From NCBI GenBank assembly GCA_963742975.1, contig CAVUNZ010000025.1, positions 20,230 to 84,229 on the forward strand: a DNA stretch of 64,000 nucleotides, given 5' to 3'. Below, one piece after another: positions 16,951 through 25,359 of the stretch. The notes beneath the pieces are model-generated. The model saw only the letters and a program-made list of their open reading frames with translations, was not told the origin of the DNA and made no database searches. The stretch is from an uncultured Alphaproteobacteria bacterium. GTDB taxonomy: Bacteria; Pseudomonadota; Alphaproteobacteria; Rhizobiales; Xanthobacteraceae. The position numbers and the translations under genes are program-made. The stretch's first letter is position 1; every line of letters starts with the position of its first letter.

Positions 16951-18108
16951 TTAGCCGAACAGCTTGAGCACCGACTGGTTGGCTTGGTTGGCGATCGACA
17001 GCGCCGAGATTTCCAGCTGCTGCTGGGTCTGCTCGGTGAGCAAGTTGGCGCTTTCCACGTTCTGGTCGGCGACGACCAGGTTGGCGGCGCCGGTCTGCAG
17101 GGTGTTGATCACCGCGTTTTCGAAGCCCTGCCGGGTGCTGATGGTCGACGCGTTGGTGCCGAAGGTTTCGGCCTGCGTCTGCACGGTCGAGAGCGCCGCG
17201 TTGATGCTGGTGACCAGGCTCGAGAGCGTGCTGTCCGACTGGAACGACGTCGCGCCGGAGCCGGAGGTCGCCGACAGGCCGAGACCGGCGGCATTGAAGG
17301 TCACGCCGCTGATGGTCAGTGCGCTGGTGCCGGTCGGGTTGAAGTCGATGGTCAAGCTGTCGCCCTGCAACAGATTGACGCCGTTATAACCGGCGTCGGA
17401 CGCGAGCTGACTGACCTGCGTGAGCAGCGTGTTGAAGTTGCTCTGCAGCGTGCTGCGGGTCGAGCTGGAACCGATCGCGACGTTGTTGGTGGTCGAGTTG
17501 GTCGCCACGCCCAGCGCCGCCGAAGTGGCATTGCCCACAACGGTGAAGCCGATCGGCGCGTTGTTGGAGGTCAGGACCAGGTGACCCGAGCCGTCGTCGG
17601 TCGCGGTCACCGAGCCCGTGCTGCCGAGCCCGGTCGTGCCGTTGATGTCGGCCTCGACTTCGCTCAGCGTCGCGCTGGCGGCGATCGTGACGTTGTAGGT
17701 CGACGAACCGACATCGATGCTGAGCGTGCCGGCGGCGAGGCTGACGTTGGCGGTGGTGAGGCCCAAGCTGGTCCCGCTGGTCGTCGTGGCGGCGGTGGTC
17801 CAGTTCGAGGACTGCGCCTGTTGCACCGTCGACAAAGTCTGCTGCAGCAGGCTGGTGAGGCTGGTGAGGCCGTCGGTGGCCGCGTTGATGGTTTGCGAGC
17901 CCTGGCCAATCTGGTCGAGCAGCGAGCTCAGATTGTTGGCGCTCTGGGTCAAATTCTGCGAGGTGAAGTAGGAGCTCGGATTGTCGGCAGCGGAGTTGAC
18001 CTTCTTGCCGGTCGCCAGCGCTTCCTGAGTGGTGGTCAGGTCGTTGGACGTTTGCGTGAGGGCAAGCAGGTTGGACCGGATGCCCGAGGTTAAGGTGACG
18101 TCAGACAT
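16951..18108 (-). CDS. flagellin paralogue (385 aa)
   Basis: Collinear with the 15471-16631 protein and shares its N and C termini. Confidence 0.95.
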   Translation of the reverse strand: MSDVTLTSGIRSNLLALTQTSNDLTTTQEALATGKKVNSAADNPSSYFTSQNLTQSANNLSSLLDQIGQGSQTINAATDGLTSLTSLLQQTLSTVQQAQSSNWTTAATTTSGTSLGLTTANVSLAAGTLSIDVGSSTYNVTIAASATLSEVEADINGTTGLGSTGSVTATDDGSGHLVLTSNNAPIGFTVVGNATSAALGVATNSTTNNVAIGSSSTRSTLQSNFNTLLTQVSQLASDAGYNGVNLLQGDSLTIDFNPTGTSALTISGVTFNAAGLGLSATSGSGATSFQSDSTLSSLVTSINAALSTVQTQAETFGTNASTISTRQGFENAVINTLQTGAANLVVADQNVESANLLTEQTQQQLEISALSIANQANQSVLKLFG

Positions 18109-18370
18109 AGTTACTACCCTTCTGGTTACAGGCCGTACTGGCGCGCACCGGCGTTGCTACTTCTGTAGGCGCGAGTGCGTTGTCCGATCAGACTGATCGG
18201 TGGCCAAAGGTTTGCCGCATTTCATTTAAGGACGGGTAAAGCCGGGCAGTTTTTGCTCGTAGGCAAATTGTGCAGCGCATCCAAAGCACTTAACCCGCGC
18301 TAGGCCAATGCCGCGCGAAGCCGCGCCACTGCGGAGTTTTTCACGCATGAGGCGGCGCGCGCGTTAAATG

Positions 18371-18385
18371 TTAACCGGCCATTAT
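18371..18385 (+). promoter_or_regulatory. CtrA-box-like site (TTAA-N7-TTAT)
   Basis: TTAACCGGCCATTAT lies about 100 nt upstream of ATG 18485. TTAATCAT follows at 18406-18413. Confidence 0.3.
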
Positions 18386-18484
18386 CCATTTTTGTTCGTA
18401 ATCGATTAATCATAAACCGAAAGCGCCGCGCCGATCGTTCGACGCCGCTGGCAACCGGCGGACCGAGCAGAAAGCGGGCAGGGG

Positions 18485-19309
18485 ATGTTGAAAATGCCAA
18501 CAACAGATGCCGGTGCTGCGCAATTGTCCGGCGTGGGATTTTCCGCGCCGCTCCAGCCGACGCCGCCGAGCGTCAATCTTGTCGTCGCCACCCCGTGTTT
18601 CGGTGGGCAAATCTCGGTCGTCTATGCGGCATCGCTGATGAAGCTGCAGAAACTGGTCCGCTCCTACCGCGACTTCGGCATCAAAACGCTGTTCAAGGAC
18701 GGTGACGCGCTTATCACCCGCGCTCGGGCGAGCCTGGTCGCGCAATTTCTCGACGATCCGAGCGCGACGCATCTTCTCTTCATCGACGCTGATATCGGCT
18801 TTGAGCCGCAGCAGGTGCTGCGCCTCATCGAATGCGGCGCCGACATGTGCGCTGCAGTCTATCCGATCAAGCGGATCGACTGGGACAAGGTCAAGGACAC
18901 GCTCGCAGCCGGCCGGCCCAATCCGGCGGCGGCGGCGCTGCAATATGTATTCGAAGTCGATGATCCCAATGCCGTGACCGAGAAGGCCGGATTCATCAAA
19001 GTCCGCTACGCCGGCACCGGGCTCCTGATGATCCGGCGCGAGGCGTTAGAACGTATGTGCGCGCATTATCCGGAGCTGCGCTTCAAGCACGACCACTCGC
19101 TCGATGCCGCGACCGCAAGCGACAACCGCTTCGCTTTGTTCGACACCATGATCGACGACGCGGGAATGTATCTGAGCGAGGATTTTGCTTTTTGCAGGCG
19201 CTGGACCGCCATGGGCGGCGAGATCTGGGCCGATCTCGACAGCAAGCTCCAGCATACCGGTCCGATGACGTTCAACGGCGATCTGTCATCGCAATTCATC
19301 GCAGCCTAG
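18485..19309 (+). CDS. putative GT-A-type glycosyltransferase (family not identified)
   Basis: 274 aa. The pattern ATPCFGG..ITRARASLVAQFL..THLLFIDADIGF (a DxD-like DAD after a beta strand) is typical of GT-A folds. The call comes from that pattern only. Confidence 0.4.
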   Translation: MLKMPTTDAGAAQLSGVGFSAPLQPTPPSVNLVVATPCFGGQISVVYAASLMKLQKLVRSYRDFGIKTLFKDGDALITRARASLVAQFLDDPSATHLLFIDADIGFEPQQVLRLIECGADMCAAVYPIKRIDWDKVKDTLAAGRPNPAAAALQYVFEVDDPNAVTEKAGFIKVRYAGTGLLMIRREALERMCAHYPELRFKHDHSLDAATASDNRFALFDTMIDDAGMYLSEDFAFCRRWTAMGGEIWADLDSKLQHTGPMTFNGDLSSQFIAA

Positions 19310-19324
19310 CTGCGGCGAAGCCGA

Positions 19325-20110
19325 TCAGGCGATCAGATTGACCAGGCTGCCGCTGGCGCCGGAAGACGCCAGAAGCGACGCGGCGCTGGTGGCATTGTGT
19401 GTAAAGGTGCTCTCCAGGCCCGCGGTACTGCTCTTCGTCGAGGTCGAACTCGTGCTCGAACTGCTTGTGGTCGACGATGCGGTCGAAGCTGCGGGCTTGC
19501 TGGCCGGGGTGGGCTTGAAAGTCTGATTGCCGACAGCAAAGCCGATATTACTGGCATAGACGCCGTTGACGCTGATCTGATCGTTGGTGTTTTTGCTGGT
19601 AAGGACGATATTGCCCTTGCTGTTGAGCGTGGCGCTCACTTGGGCGTTGTCCGGCAGGTTGGTATTGATCGTGCTGAGCAGATTGCCGACCGTATCGCTG
19701 CCGGTCGAGGTAAAGGCCGTGGTTTTGCCGTTGGCGCTGACATAGACCGAGCCGCCTTGCGGTATGCCAAGCGTCGAGAGCGGCGTGCTCACCGAAACCG
19801 ACACCTTTCCGGTGCCGACCGCCGGCTTGGCCTTTGTCGCTGCTGCGGAGCTGGAGTTCGTGGAGGACGTCGTCGTTCCGGTTCCGCCGGTGAGGATGCT
19901 CTGAATTTCGGCAGTGATCTGGTTATTGGTGCGCGTCAGCGCTTTGCCGTTGGCAATCGACGCAAGGCCTTTGCCGAGATTGGTTTCGGCGGCGCCCATG
20001 GCGCTGATAAGGGAGTCCGTCGCCGCTAAGGACGAGCTCCAGCGTCCGGTGACCGAACCCCAGGAACTCGCGGCCGACTGCAAAAGCGCACCGATATTGC
20101 TGACGCTCAT
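19325..20110 (-). CDS. Ser/Thr-rich protein of unknown function carrying a flagellin/hook-type variable-domain module
   Basis: 261-aa ORF with no signal peptide. Long S/T tracts flank ..GKTTAFTSTGSDTVGNLLSTINTNLPDNAQVSATLNSKGNIVLTSKN.., which aligns with the flagellin central domain. Confidence 0.6.
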   Translation of the reverse strand: MSVSNIGALLQSAASSWGSVTGRWSSSLAATDSLISAMGAAETNLGKGLASIANGKALTRTNNQITAEIQSILTGGTGTTTSSTNSSSAAATKAKPAVGTGKVSVSVSTPLSTLGIPQGGSVYVSANGKTTAFTSTGSDTVGNLLSTINTNLPDNAQVSATLNSKGNIVLTSKNTNDQISVNGVYASNIGFAVGNQTFKPTPASKPAASTASSTTSSSSTSSTSTKSSTAGLESTFTHNATSAASLLASSGASGSLVNLIA

Positions 20111-20204
20111 TCCAACAATTACCTAGCCGGACCCACTGCCGCCCTGAAGCTTCATGCGCCTGGTTCGGTTAATATCCGGTATCGCCGCGTCTGGTTACCT
20201 TTGA

Positions 20205-20212
20205 TTAACCAT
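20205..20212 (+). promoter_or_regulatory. CtrA half-site TTAACCAT upstream of TPR-glycosyltransferase 1
   Basis: Exact 8-mer about 118 nt upstream of ATG 20330, in the spacer shared with the divergent Ser/Thr-rich gene. Confidence 0.35.
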
Positions 20213-20329
20213 CTTGGCCGACGCTGTTCCGGCGCGATAACGGCTGGCGGTTCGACGACAATAAGCTGCCGCGAAGGCCGGGGTCGCGCGCGTGCGATTT
20301 TGCCCGCCTGCCTTCCGGTGACGCCAGCC

Positions 20330-22846
20330 ATGAACGATCCCGCAAAGATGCGCCGCCCGCAGACGGTGCGCTCCATTCAAGAGGCGCTGGCGCTGCATCG
20401 GCAGGGCCGTCTCGAGGAAGCAGGGCGGATCTACGACTCGGTTCTTGCCGCCGATCCCAACGACTTCGACGCCTTGCATCTGGGCGGCGTGCTGCGTCAT
20501 CAGCAGGGCCGCTCGGCTGAAGCCCTGCGCCTGGTTGGCGCCGCGCTCAAGGCGCAGCCCGGATCGGCCGACGCGCTGGCGAATTACGGGGTCATTCTCG
20601 ACGCGCTCGAACGCCACGAGGAGGCGCTTGCGGCCTTCGAGAAACTGCTGGCCGTACGCGCCAAGGACGCAACCGCCCACTACAATCGCGGCAATGCGCT
20701 GAAGAAACTCGGCCGCTATGCCGAGGCGCTGGCAAGCTACGAGGAGGCGCTTGCGCTGGCGCCCGGCAATGTCGATGCGCTCTACAATCACGGTAACGCG
20801 CTCTCGGCGCTGGAACGGCACGCGAAGGCGCTTGCCGACTACGACAAAGTGCTGACACAGCGGCCGCGCCACGTGCAGGCGCATAATCGCCGCGCCAATA
20901 CGCTCGCGGCGCTCGGCCGGAACGAAGAGGCCCTCGCCGCCTATGACGCCGCTCTCGCCATCGAGCCAGCTCATGCCGAGGTGCTCAGCAACCGCAGCGT
21001 CACGCTTCTGAAACTCGACCGCGCGGATGCGGCGCTGGAAAGCTGCGAAAGCGCGCTGAAGGCGCGGCCGAATTATGCCGACGCGCTTTACAATCGCGGC
21101 AATGCTCTGCTCGCACAGATGCGGCTTGAGGAAGCGAGCCAGAGCTACGAAGCGGCGCTGACAGTCGAACCGCGCCGCCTCGATGCCTGGAACAATCTCG
21201 GCCTGGTTCTGTTTGCGCAAAAGAAACATGCCGAGGCGATCGCGAGTTACGATCGCGCGCTCGCGCTCGATCCGAACCACCTGCAAGCCCTGCACAACCG
21301 TGCCAATGCGCTGATCGGGCTGAAGTCCTTCGACGAGGCGCTCGCGGCCTGCGACCAGGTCCTCGCGCGCGAAGCGGACCATGTCGACGCGCTCAATAGC
21401 CGTGGCGTCGTCCTCGGCAAGCTCAAGCGTTATCAGGAAGCGCTCGAGACCTATGATCGGGCGCTGGCACTCAAGCCGAACCGTCTCGACATCGAGATCA
21501 ATCGCGGTGGCGCGCTGCTTGAGCTTGATCGTTTTGACGAGGCGCTGGCGAGCTTCGAATCCATCCTGATCCGCGATCCCGACCATGCCGGCGCCTGGAC
21601 CAATAGCGGCACGGTTCTGATCAAACTCAAACGGCCCCAAGAGGCGCTGGCGAAATACGACAAGGCGTTGGAGATCAGTCCCAACTACGCCCATGCCTTG
21701 ACCGTGCGCGGCGCTGCGCTGACGCTCTTGGACCGTAACGAGGAGGCGCTGCGCTGCCATGAACAGGCGCTTGCGCTCGAGCCGGACATGATCGCCGGAC
21801 ACATCAATCTCGGCAATACGCTCGGGATGATGGAACATATGGAGGAGGCGCTCGCCAGCTATGATAAGGCGCTTGCGCTCGAGCCGGAACATGCCGAGGC
21901 CAATTTCAACGCCGCCGTCACGCGGCTTTGCATGGGAGATTTTGAGAACGGCTGGAAGCAGTACGAATATCGCTGGAAGAAGAAGGGCATTGCGTGGCAG
22001 CCGTGGGAGTTCAAGCAGCCGGTGTGGCGCGGCAAGGAGGATCTGCACGGCAAGACGGTGTTGCTGCTCGCCGAACAAGGCCTGGGCGATACGCTCAACT
22101 TCATCCGCTACGCGCCGCTGGTCGCCGACCGCGGCGCAAAGGTTATTGTCGGCGTGCAGAAGCCGCTGAAGGAGCTTGCCGCCACCGTGCCCGGCGTCTC
22201 GGGTGTGCTGACCGACGGCGAGCCGCTGCCCGATTTTGACCTGCATTGCCCGATGCTCGGCCTGCCGGGTGCCTTTGCCACCGACCTTGCGACGATCCCC
22301 GCCAACATTCCTTATTTGCGGCCCTATCGCGACCGGATCGAGAAATGGCATCCGAGGCTGCCGCAAAACGGCCGGATGCGCATCGGCATCGTCTGGGCGG
22401 GCAACGGTTCGCATTTGAACGATCATCACCGTTCGATTGCGCTTGAGCGTTTTGCGCCACTGTTGTCGGTGCCGGGCATCGATTTCATCAGCCTGCAAAA
22501 GGATGTGAACGACGCGCAGGCAGTGATCCTCGACCGGCACGGCGTTCTGAACCTCGGCCGGCAATTCGACGACTTTGCCGATACCGCGGCGGTTCTCGCG
22601 ATGCTCGACCTTCTCATTGCGGTTGACACGTCAGTTGCTCATCTCGCCGGCGCCATGGGCAAGGCGGTCGCGCTCTTGATCCCGTTCGCGCCGGATTGGC
22701 GCTGGCTCCTTCATCGCACCGATACGCCCTGGTATCCGACCATGCGGCTGTTCCGGCAAAGTGCGGTCGGTGATTGGGACAGTCCGCTAGAGCAATTGCG
22801 CCAAGAGCTCAGCGATGCGGCGAACCGTCCCTCGAGGCGGGGATGA
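20330..22846 (+). CDS. TPR-repeat protein with C-terminal GT9/heptosyltransferase-like GT-B domain (FlmG-like architecture), paralogue 1
   Basis: About 17 TPR-like repeats, then EQGLGDTLNFIRYAPL, IPANIPYLRP, RIGIVWAGNGSHLNDHHRS and VDTSVAHLAGAMGKAVALLIP..PWYPTMRLFRQ. Confidence 0.8.
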   Translation: MNDPAKMRRPQTVRSIQEALALHRQGRLEEAGRIYDSVLAADPNDFDALHLGGVLRHQQGRSAEALRLVGAALKAQPGSADALANYGVILDALERHEEALAAFEKLLAVRAKDATAHYNRGNALKKLGRYAEALASYEEALALAPGNVDALYNHGNALSALERHAKALADYDKVLTQRPRHVQAHNRRANTLAALGRNEEALAAYDAALAIEPAHAEVLSNRSVTLLKLDRADAALESCESALKARPNYADALYNRGNALLAQMRLEEASQSYEAALTVEPRRLDAWNNLGLVLFAQKKHAEAIASYDRALALDPNHLQALHNRANALIGLKSFDEALAACDQVLAREADHVDALNSRGVVLGKLKRYQEALETYDRALALKPNRLDIEINRGGALLELDRFDEALASFESILIRDPDHAGAWTNSGTVLIKLKRPQEALAKYDKALEISPNYAHALTVRGAALTLLDRNEEALRCHEQALALEPDMIAGHINLGNTLGMMEHMEEALASYDKALALEPEHAEANFNAAVTRLCMGDFENGWKQYEYRWKKKGIAWQPWEFKQPVWRGKEDLHGKTVLLLAEQGLGDTLNFIRYAPLVADRGAKVIVGVQKPLKELAATVPGVSGVLTDGEPLPDFDLHCPMLGLPGAFATDLATIPANIPYLRPYRDRIEKWHPRLPQNGRMRIGIVWAGNGSHLNDHHRSIALERFAPLLSVPGIDFISLQKDVNDAQAVILDRHGVLNLGRQFDDFADTAAVLAMLDLLIAVDTSVAHLAGAMGKAVALLIPFAPDWRWLLHRTDTPWYPTMRLFRQSAVGDWDSPLEQLRQELSDAANRPSRRG

Positions 22847-24456
22847 GGACGGCGCAGGCGGAAGCAGAGCCGCCGCTGCCCAAGTCAAGCAACATTGCAC
22901 CTAACATCACGCAAGCTTTTGCGCATTATCAGCAAGGCCGGCTTGCGGACGCCGAGACGATCTGCAACGCGATCCTTGCCGCCGAGCCCGAACAGTTCGA
23001 CGCCCTGCATCTGCTTGGTCTGCTGCGCCATGCGCAGAAGCGTAACGCGGAGGCGCTGCAACTCGTCGGTGCAGTGCTCAAACGTGCGCCGCGATCCGCG
23101 GAAGTGCTGAGCAATTACGGACTCGTCCTTGCCGCGCTGAGCCGCCACGAGGAGGCATTGGCATGTTTCGACGAGGCGGTTCGCCACAGCGGGGACTATC
23201 TCAATGCACTGCGGAACCGCGCCGCCGCACTCAAATCTCTCGCGCGCGATGAAGAAGCGCTCGTCGCCTTCGAGGCGATCCTGGCAACGAAGGGCGACGA
23301 TATCGACGCGCTGAACGAATGCGGCGGCCTTCATATGCAACTCGGACAGCCCGATGCCGCGGTTGCCTGCTATGACAGAGCGCTGGCCGCGGCGCCGCGG
23401 GTGGTGGAGCTTCACGTCAACAAGGGCAGCGCACTCGCCACCGTGAACCGCTTTGCCGAAGCTTTGCAAAGTTTTACCGCCGCGATGACGATAGATCGGC
23501 AATGCGCCGACGCCCATCATCGGGCAAGCCTTATCCGCTTGCGGTCCGGCGACTTCAAGCGCGGCTGGCGTGACTACGAGTGGCGCTGGCGCACTCAGCG
23601 CACCGTGAAACGGCGAGAGGTCGCCGCGCCGTTGTGGCTGGGCGATCAGCCGATCCAAGGCAAAACCATATTGCTGCTCGCCGAGCAGGGCTTTGGCGAC
23701 ACCATCCATTTCGCCCGTTATGCGCCGCTCTTAGCCGCGCTCGGCGCGACTGTAATCCTCGATGTGCCATCGCCACTCAAGGAGATCGCGGCGAGCGTTC
23801 CCGGCGTGTCATGGGTGCTGGGTGATGGCGAACGGGCGCCGCCGATCGATTTTTATTGTCCGCTGATGAGCCTACCGCTCGCCTTCCAGACCGAGACCGC
23901 GACCATACCGGCGAACATTCCCTATATCCGCCCATCTGCGGAGCGCCTCGCGAAGTGGCGCGCCAGATTGCCGCGAAACGGCCGTCTGCGGATCGGCTTG
24001 TGCTGGGCCGGCAGCGCCACGCATCTGAACGATCATAATCGCTCCATCGCACTTGAGCGCCTTGCCGGGATTTTATCGCTGCCCAATCTCGACTTCATCA
24101 GCGTGCAAAAGGACGTCAGCGAGCCACAGGCCGCTTTCCTGCAGAGCTATAGTGTCGCTCAACTTGGCCAGAGTTTTGAGAATTTTGCCGACACGGCCGC
24201 AGCTCTTGCCGAGCTCGATCTTCTCGTTTCGGTCGACACGTCGGTCGCCCACCTGGCCGGCGCCATGGGCAAGGCGGTCGCGCTCTTACTGCCGTTGCCG
24301 GCGGAATGGCGGTGGCTGCTCGATCGCAGCGACAGTCCTTGGTATCCGAGCATGCGGTTGTTTCGGCAGATCGCGATCGGCGACTGGGATGGCCCGCTCG
24401 AGCAGCTCTATCGCGAGCTCAGCGCCGTCGCTGCGCGGCGTCCGGCAGCGTCCTAG
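22843..24456 (+). CDS. TPR + GT9-like glycosyltransferase, paralogue 2
   Basis: Its ATG overlaps the stop of paralogue 1 (ATGA at 22843-22846). It has the same C-terminal motifs (EQGFGDTIHFARYAPL, IPANIPYIRP, VDTSVAHLAGAMGKAVALLLP). Confidence 0.8.
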   Translation: MRTAQAEAEPPLPKSSNIAPNITQAFAHYQQGRLADAETICNAILAAEPEQFDALHLLGLLRHAQKRNAEALQLVGAVLKRAPRSAEVLSNYGLVLAALSRHEEALACFDEAVRHSGDYLNALRNRAAALKSLARDEEALVAFEAILATKGDDIDALNECGGLHMQLGQPDAAVACYDRALAAAPRVVELHVNKGSALATVNRFAEALQSFTAAMTIDRQCADAHHRASLIRLRSGDFKRGWRDYEWRWRTQRTVKRREVAAPLWLGDQPIQGKTILLLAEQGFGDTIHFARYAPLLAALGATVILDVPSPLKEIAASVPGVSWVLGDGERAPPIDFYCPLMSLPLAFQTETATIPANIPYIRPSAERLAKWRARLPRNGRLRIGLCWAGSATHLNDHNRSIALERLAGILSLPNLDFISVQKDVSEPQAAFLQSYSVAQLGQSFENFADTAAALAELDLLVSVDTSVAHLAGAMGKAVALLLPLPAEWRWLLDRSDSPWYPSMRLFRQIAIGDWDGPLEQLYRELSAVAARRPAAS

Positions 24457-24461
24457 ATCGT

Positions 24462-24580
24462 ATTGTTTCAGATTAAATTATTTGTCGCTCTAGGATTTCG
24501 ATTGAGCATGACTCTTTCGGAAAGCCGGTTTCCACCCTCGGATCGAGTCCGAGGGCAGGCTTTTTCCGGATCATGCTCTA
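24462..24580 (+). repeat. MITE/REP-like element, full-length copy 2 (with extra internal hairpin)
   Basis: Same left arm TTGTTTCAGATT..GTCGCTCTAGGATTT and same right inverted repeat GAGCATGA..GGATCATGCTCTA. The terminal CTA is the flbY-like stop codon on the other strand. Confidence 0.85.
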
Positions 24581-25030
24581 AAGCGAACGGCTGACCGCGA
24601 GCGGGCGGGCCTGTCTGGGATTGGGCGCGGCGGCGCGTCCGCTCGCGCCATAAACCTGCGGCGCGGCTTTGCGCGCCAGGTCGCTCGACAGCCGGCGCAT
24701 GATGCCTTCGGACACCGAGTGCGCCGTCGCCAGGACCACCATGTTTTTCTTCAGCATGGCACTGAAACCGTCCTGCAGCTTGACCAGCGCGGCACAGTGC
24801 GCGGGCGCAGCCTTACGCAGGAAGACGGCATTGGCCCGCAGCCGTTCGCCCGCGACATAGATCCGCCCGGCGAGCTCGGCCTTGGCCTGCGTCAGGGCCG
24901 AAGCGCCGCGCAGGTGTCCCGCGCGCACCAGCGCGGTTTCCTGCTCGATCATGCCCGACAGCTTCTCGATGAGCGCGGCCAGGTCGGCAAGCATCTTTTC
25001 CGCTTCGGCTGGTGTGGTTACGGGCGTCAT
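24578..25030 (-). CDS. small helical flagellar-operon protein (FlbY / FlgN-like position)
   Basis: 150 aa. Its start overlaps the flgJ stop, and it is the third gene of a flgI-cheL-X operon, as in Caulobacter flgI-cheL-flbY. The assignment is by synteny only. Confidence 0.45.
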   Translation of the reverse strand: MTPVTTPAEAEKMLADLAALIEKLSGMIEQETALVRAGHLRGASALTQAKAELAGRIYVAGERLRANAVFLRKAAPAHCAALVKLQDGFSAMLKKNMVVLATAHSVSEGIMRRLSSDLARKAAPQVYGASGRAAAPNPRQARPLAVSRSL

Positions 25031-25359
25031 GATGCAGAAAGCCCCTGTTCCTTGAGCAGCGTTTGATAGATCTTCGGCGCAAGCCCGATGCCACCGGCTT
25101 TGGCGAAGGCTTTGGCATATTGATCGGTCATGAAGGAGCGCCAGATTTTCAAGGCGCCGGAGCCGCCGAACGGCCCGTCGCCGTCGACACTGGTGAGCAT
25201 CTGGTTGAACATGTTGGACAGGAACATCGACTCGAAATTCTGTGCCGCTTCCTTGGCCTTGCCTTTGACTTTCAGCGCGGCCTGCGCGTGCGCGTTGCCG
25301 GCGGCGCCGACGGCACTGAGCGAGCCGGCGAAATCGACAGGAGTAAGGTTGCTCATCAC
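25027..25359 (-). CDS. flgJ: rod-binding protein (FlgJ N-terminal domain / CheL-like)
   Basis: Rod-binding motif ..AAQNFESMFLSNMFNQML..; 110 aa; overlaps the flgI stop. Confidence 0.8.
   Translation of the reverse strand: MMSNLTPVDFAGSLSAVGAAGNAHAQAALKVKGKAKEAAQNFESMFLSNMFNQMLTSVDGDGPFGGSGALKIWRSFMTDQYAKAFAKAGGIGLAPKIYQTLLKEQGLSAS

Noticed and set aside
15432-18093. Two plus-strand ORFs (328 and 394 aa) across the flagellin genes
   Set aside because: They are antisense shadows of the two flagellin genes, nearly identical to each other only because the flagellins are, with a G/R/A/D-rich composition.
20195-22564. 789-aa minus-strand ORF
   Set aside because: It is exactly antisense to TPR-glycosyltransferase 1. 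It is Arg/Gln/Ala-rich with no motifs, the typical mirror ORF of GC-rich DNA. The plus-strand protein has clear TPR and GT motifs.
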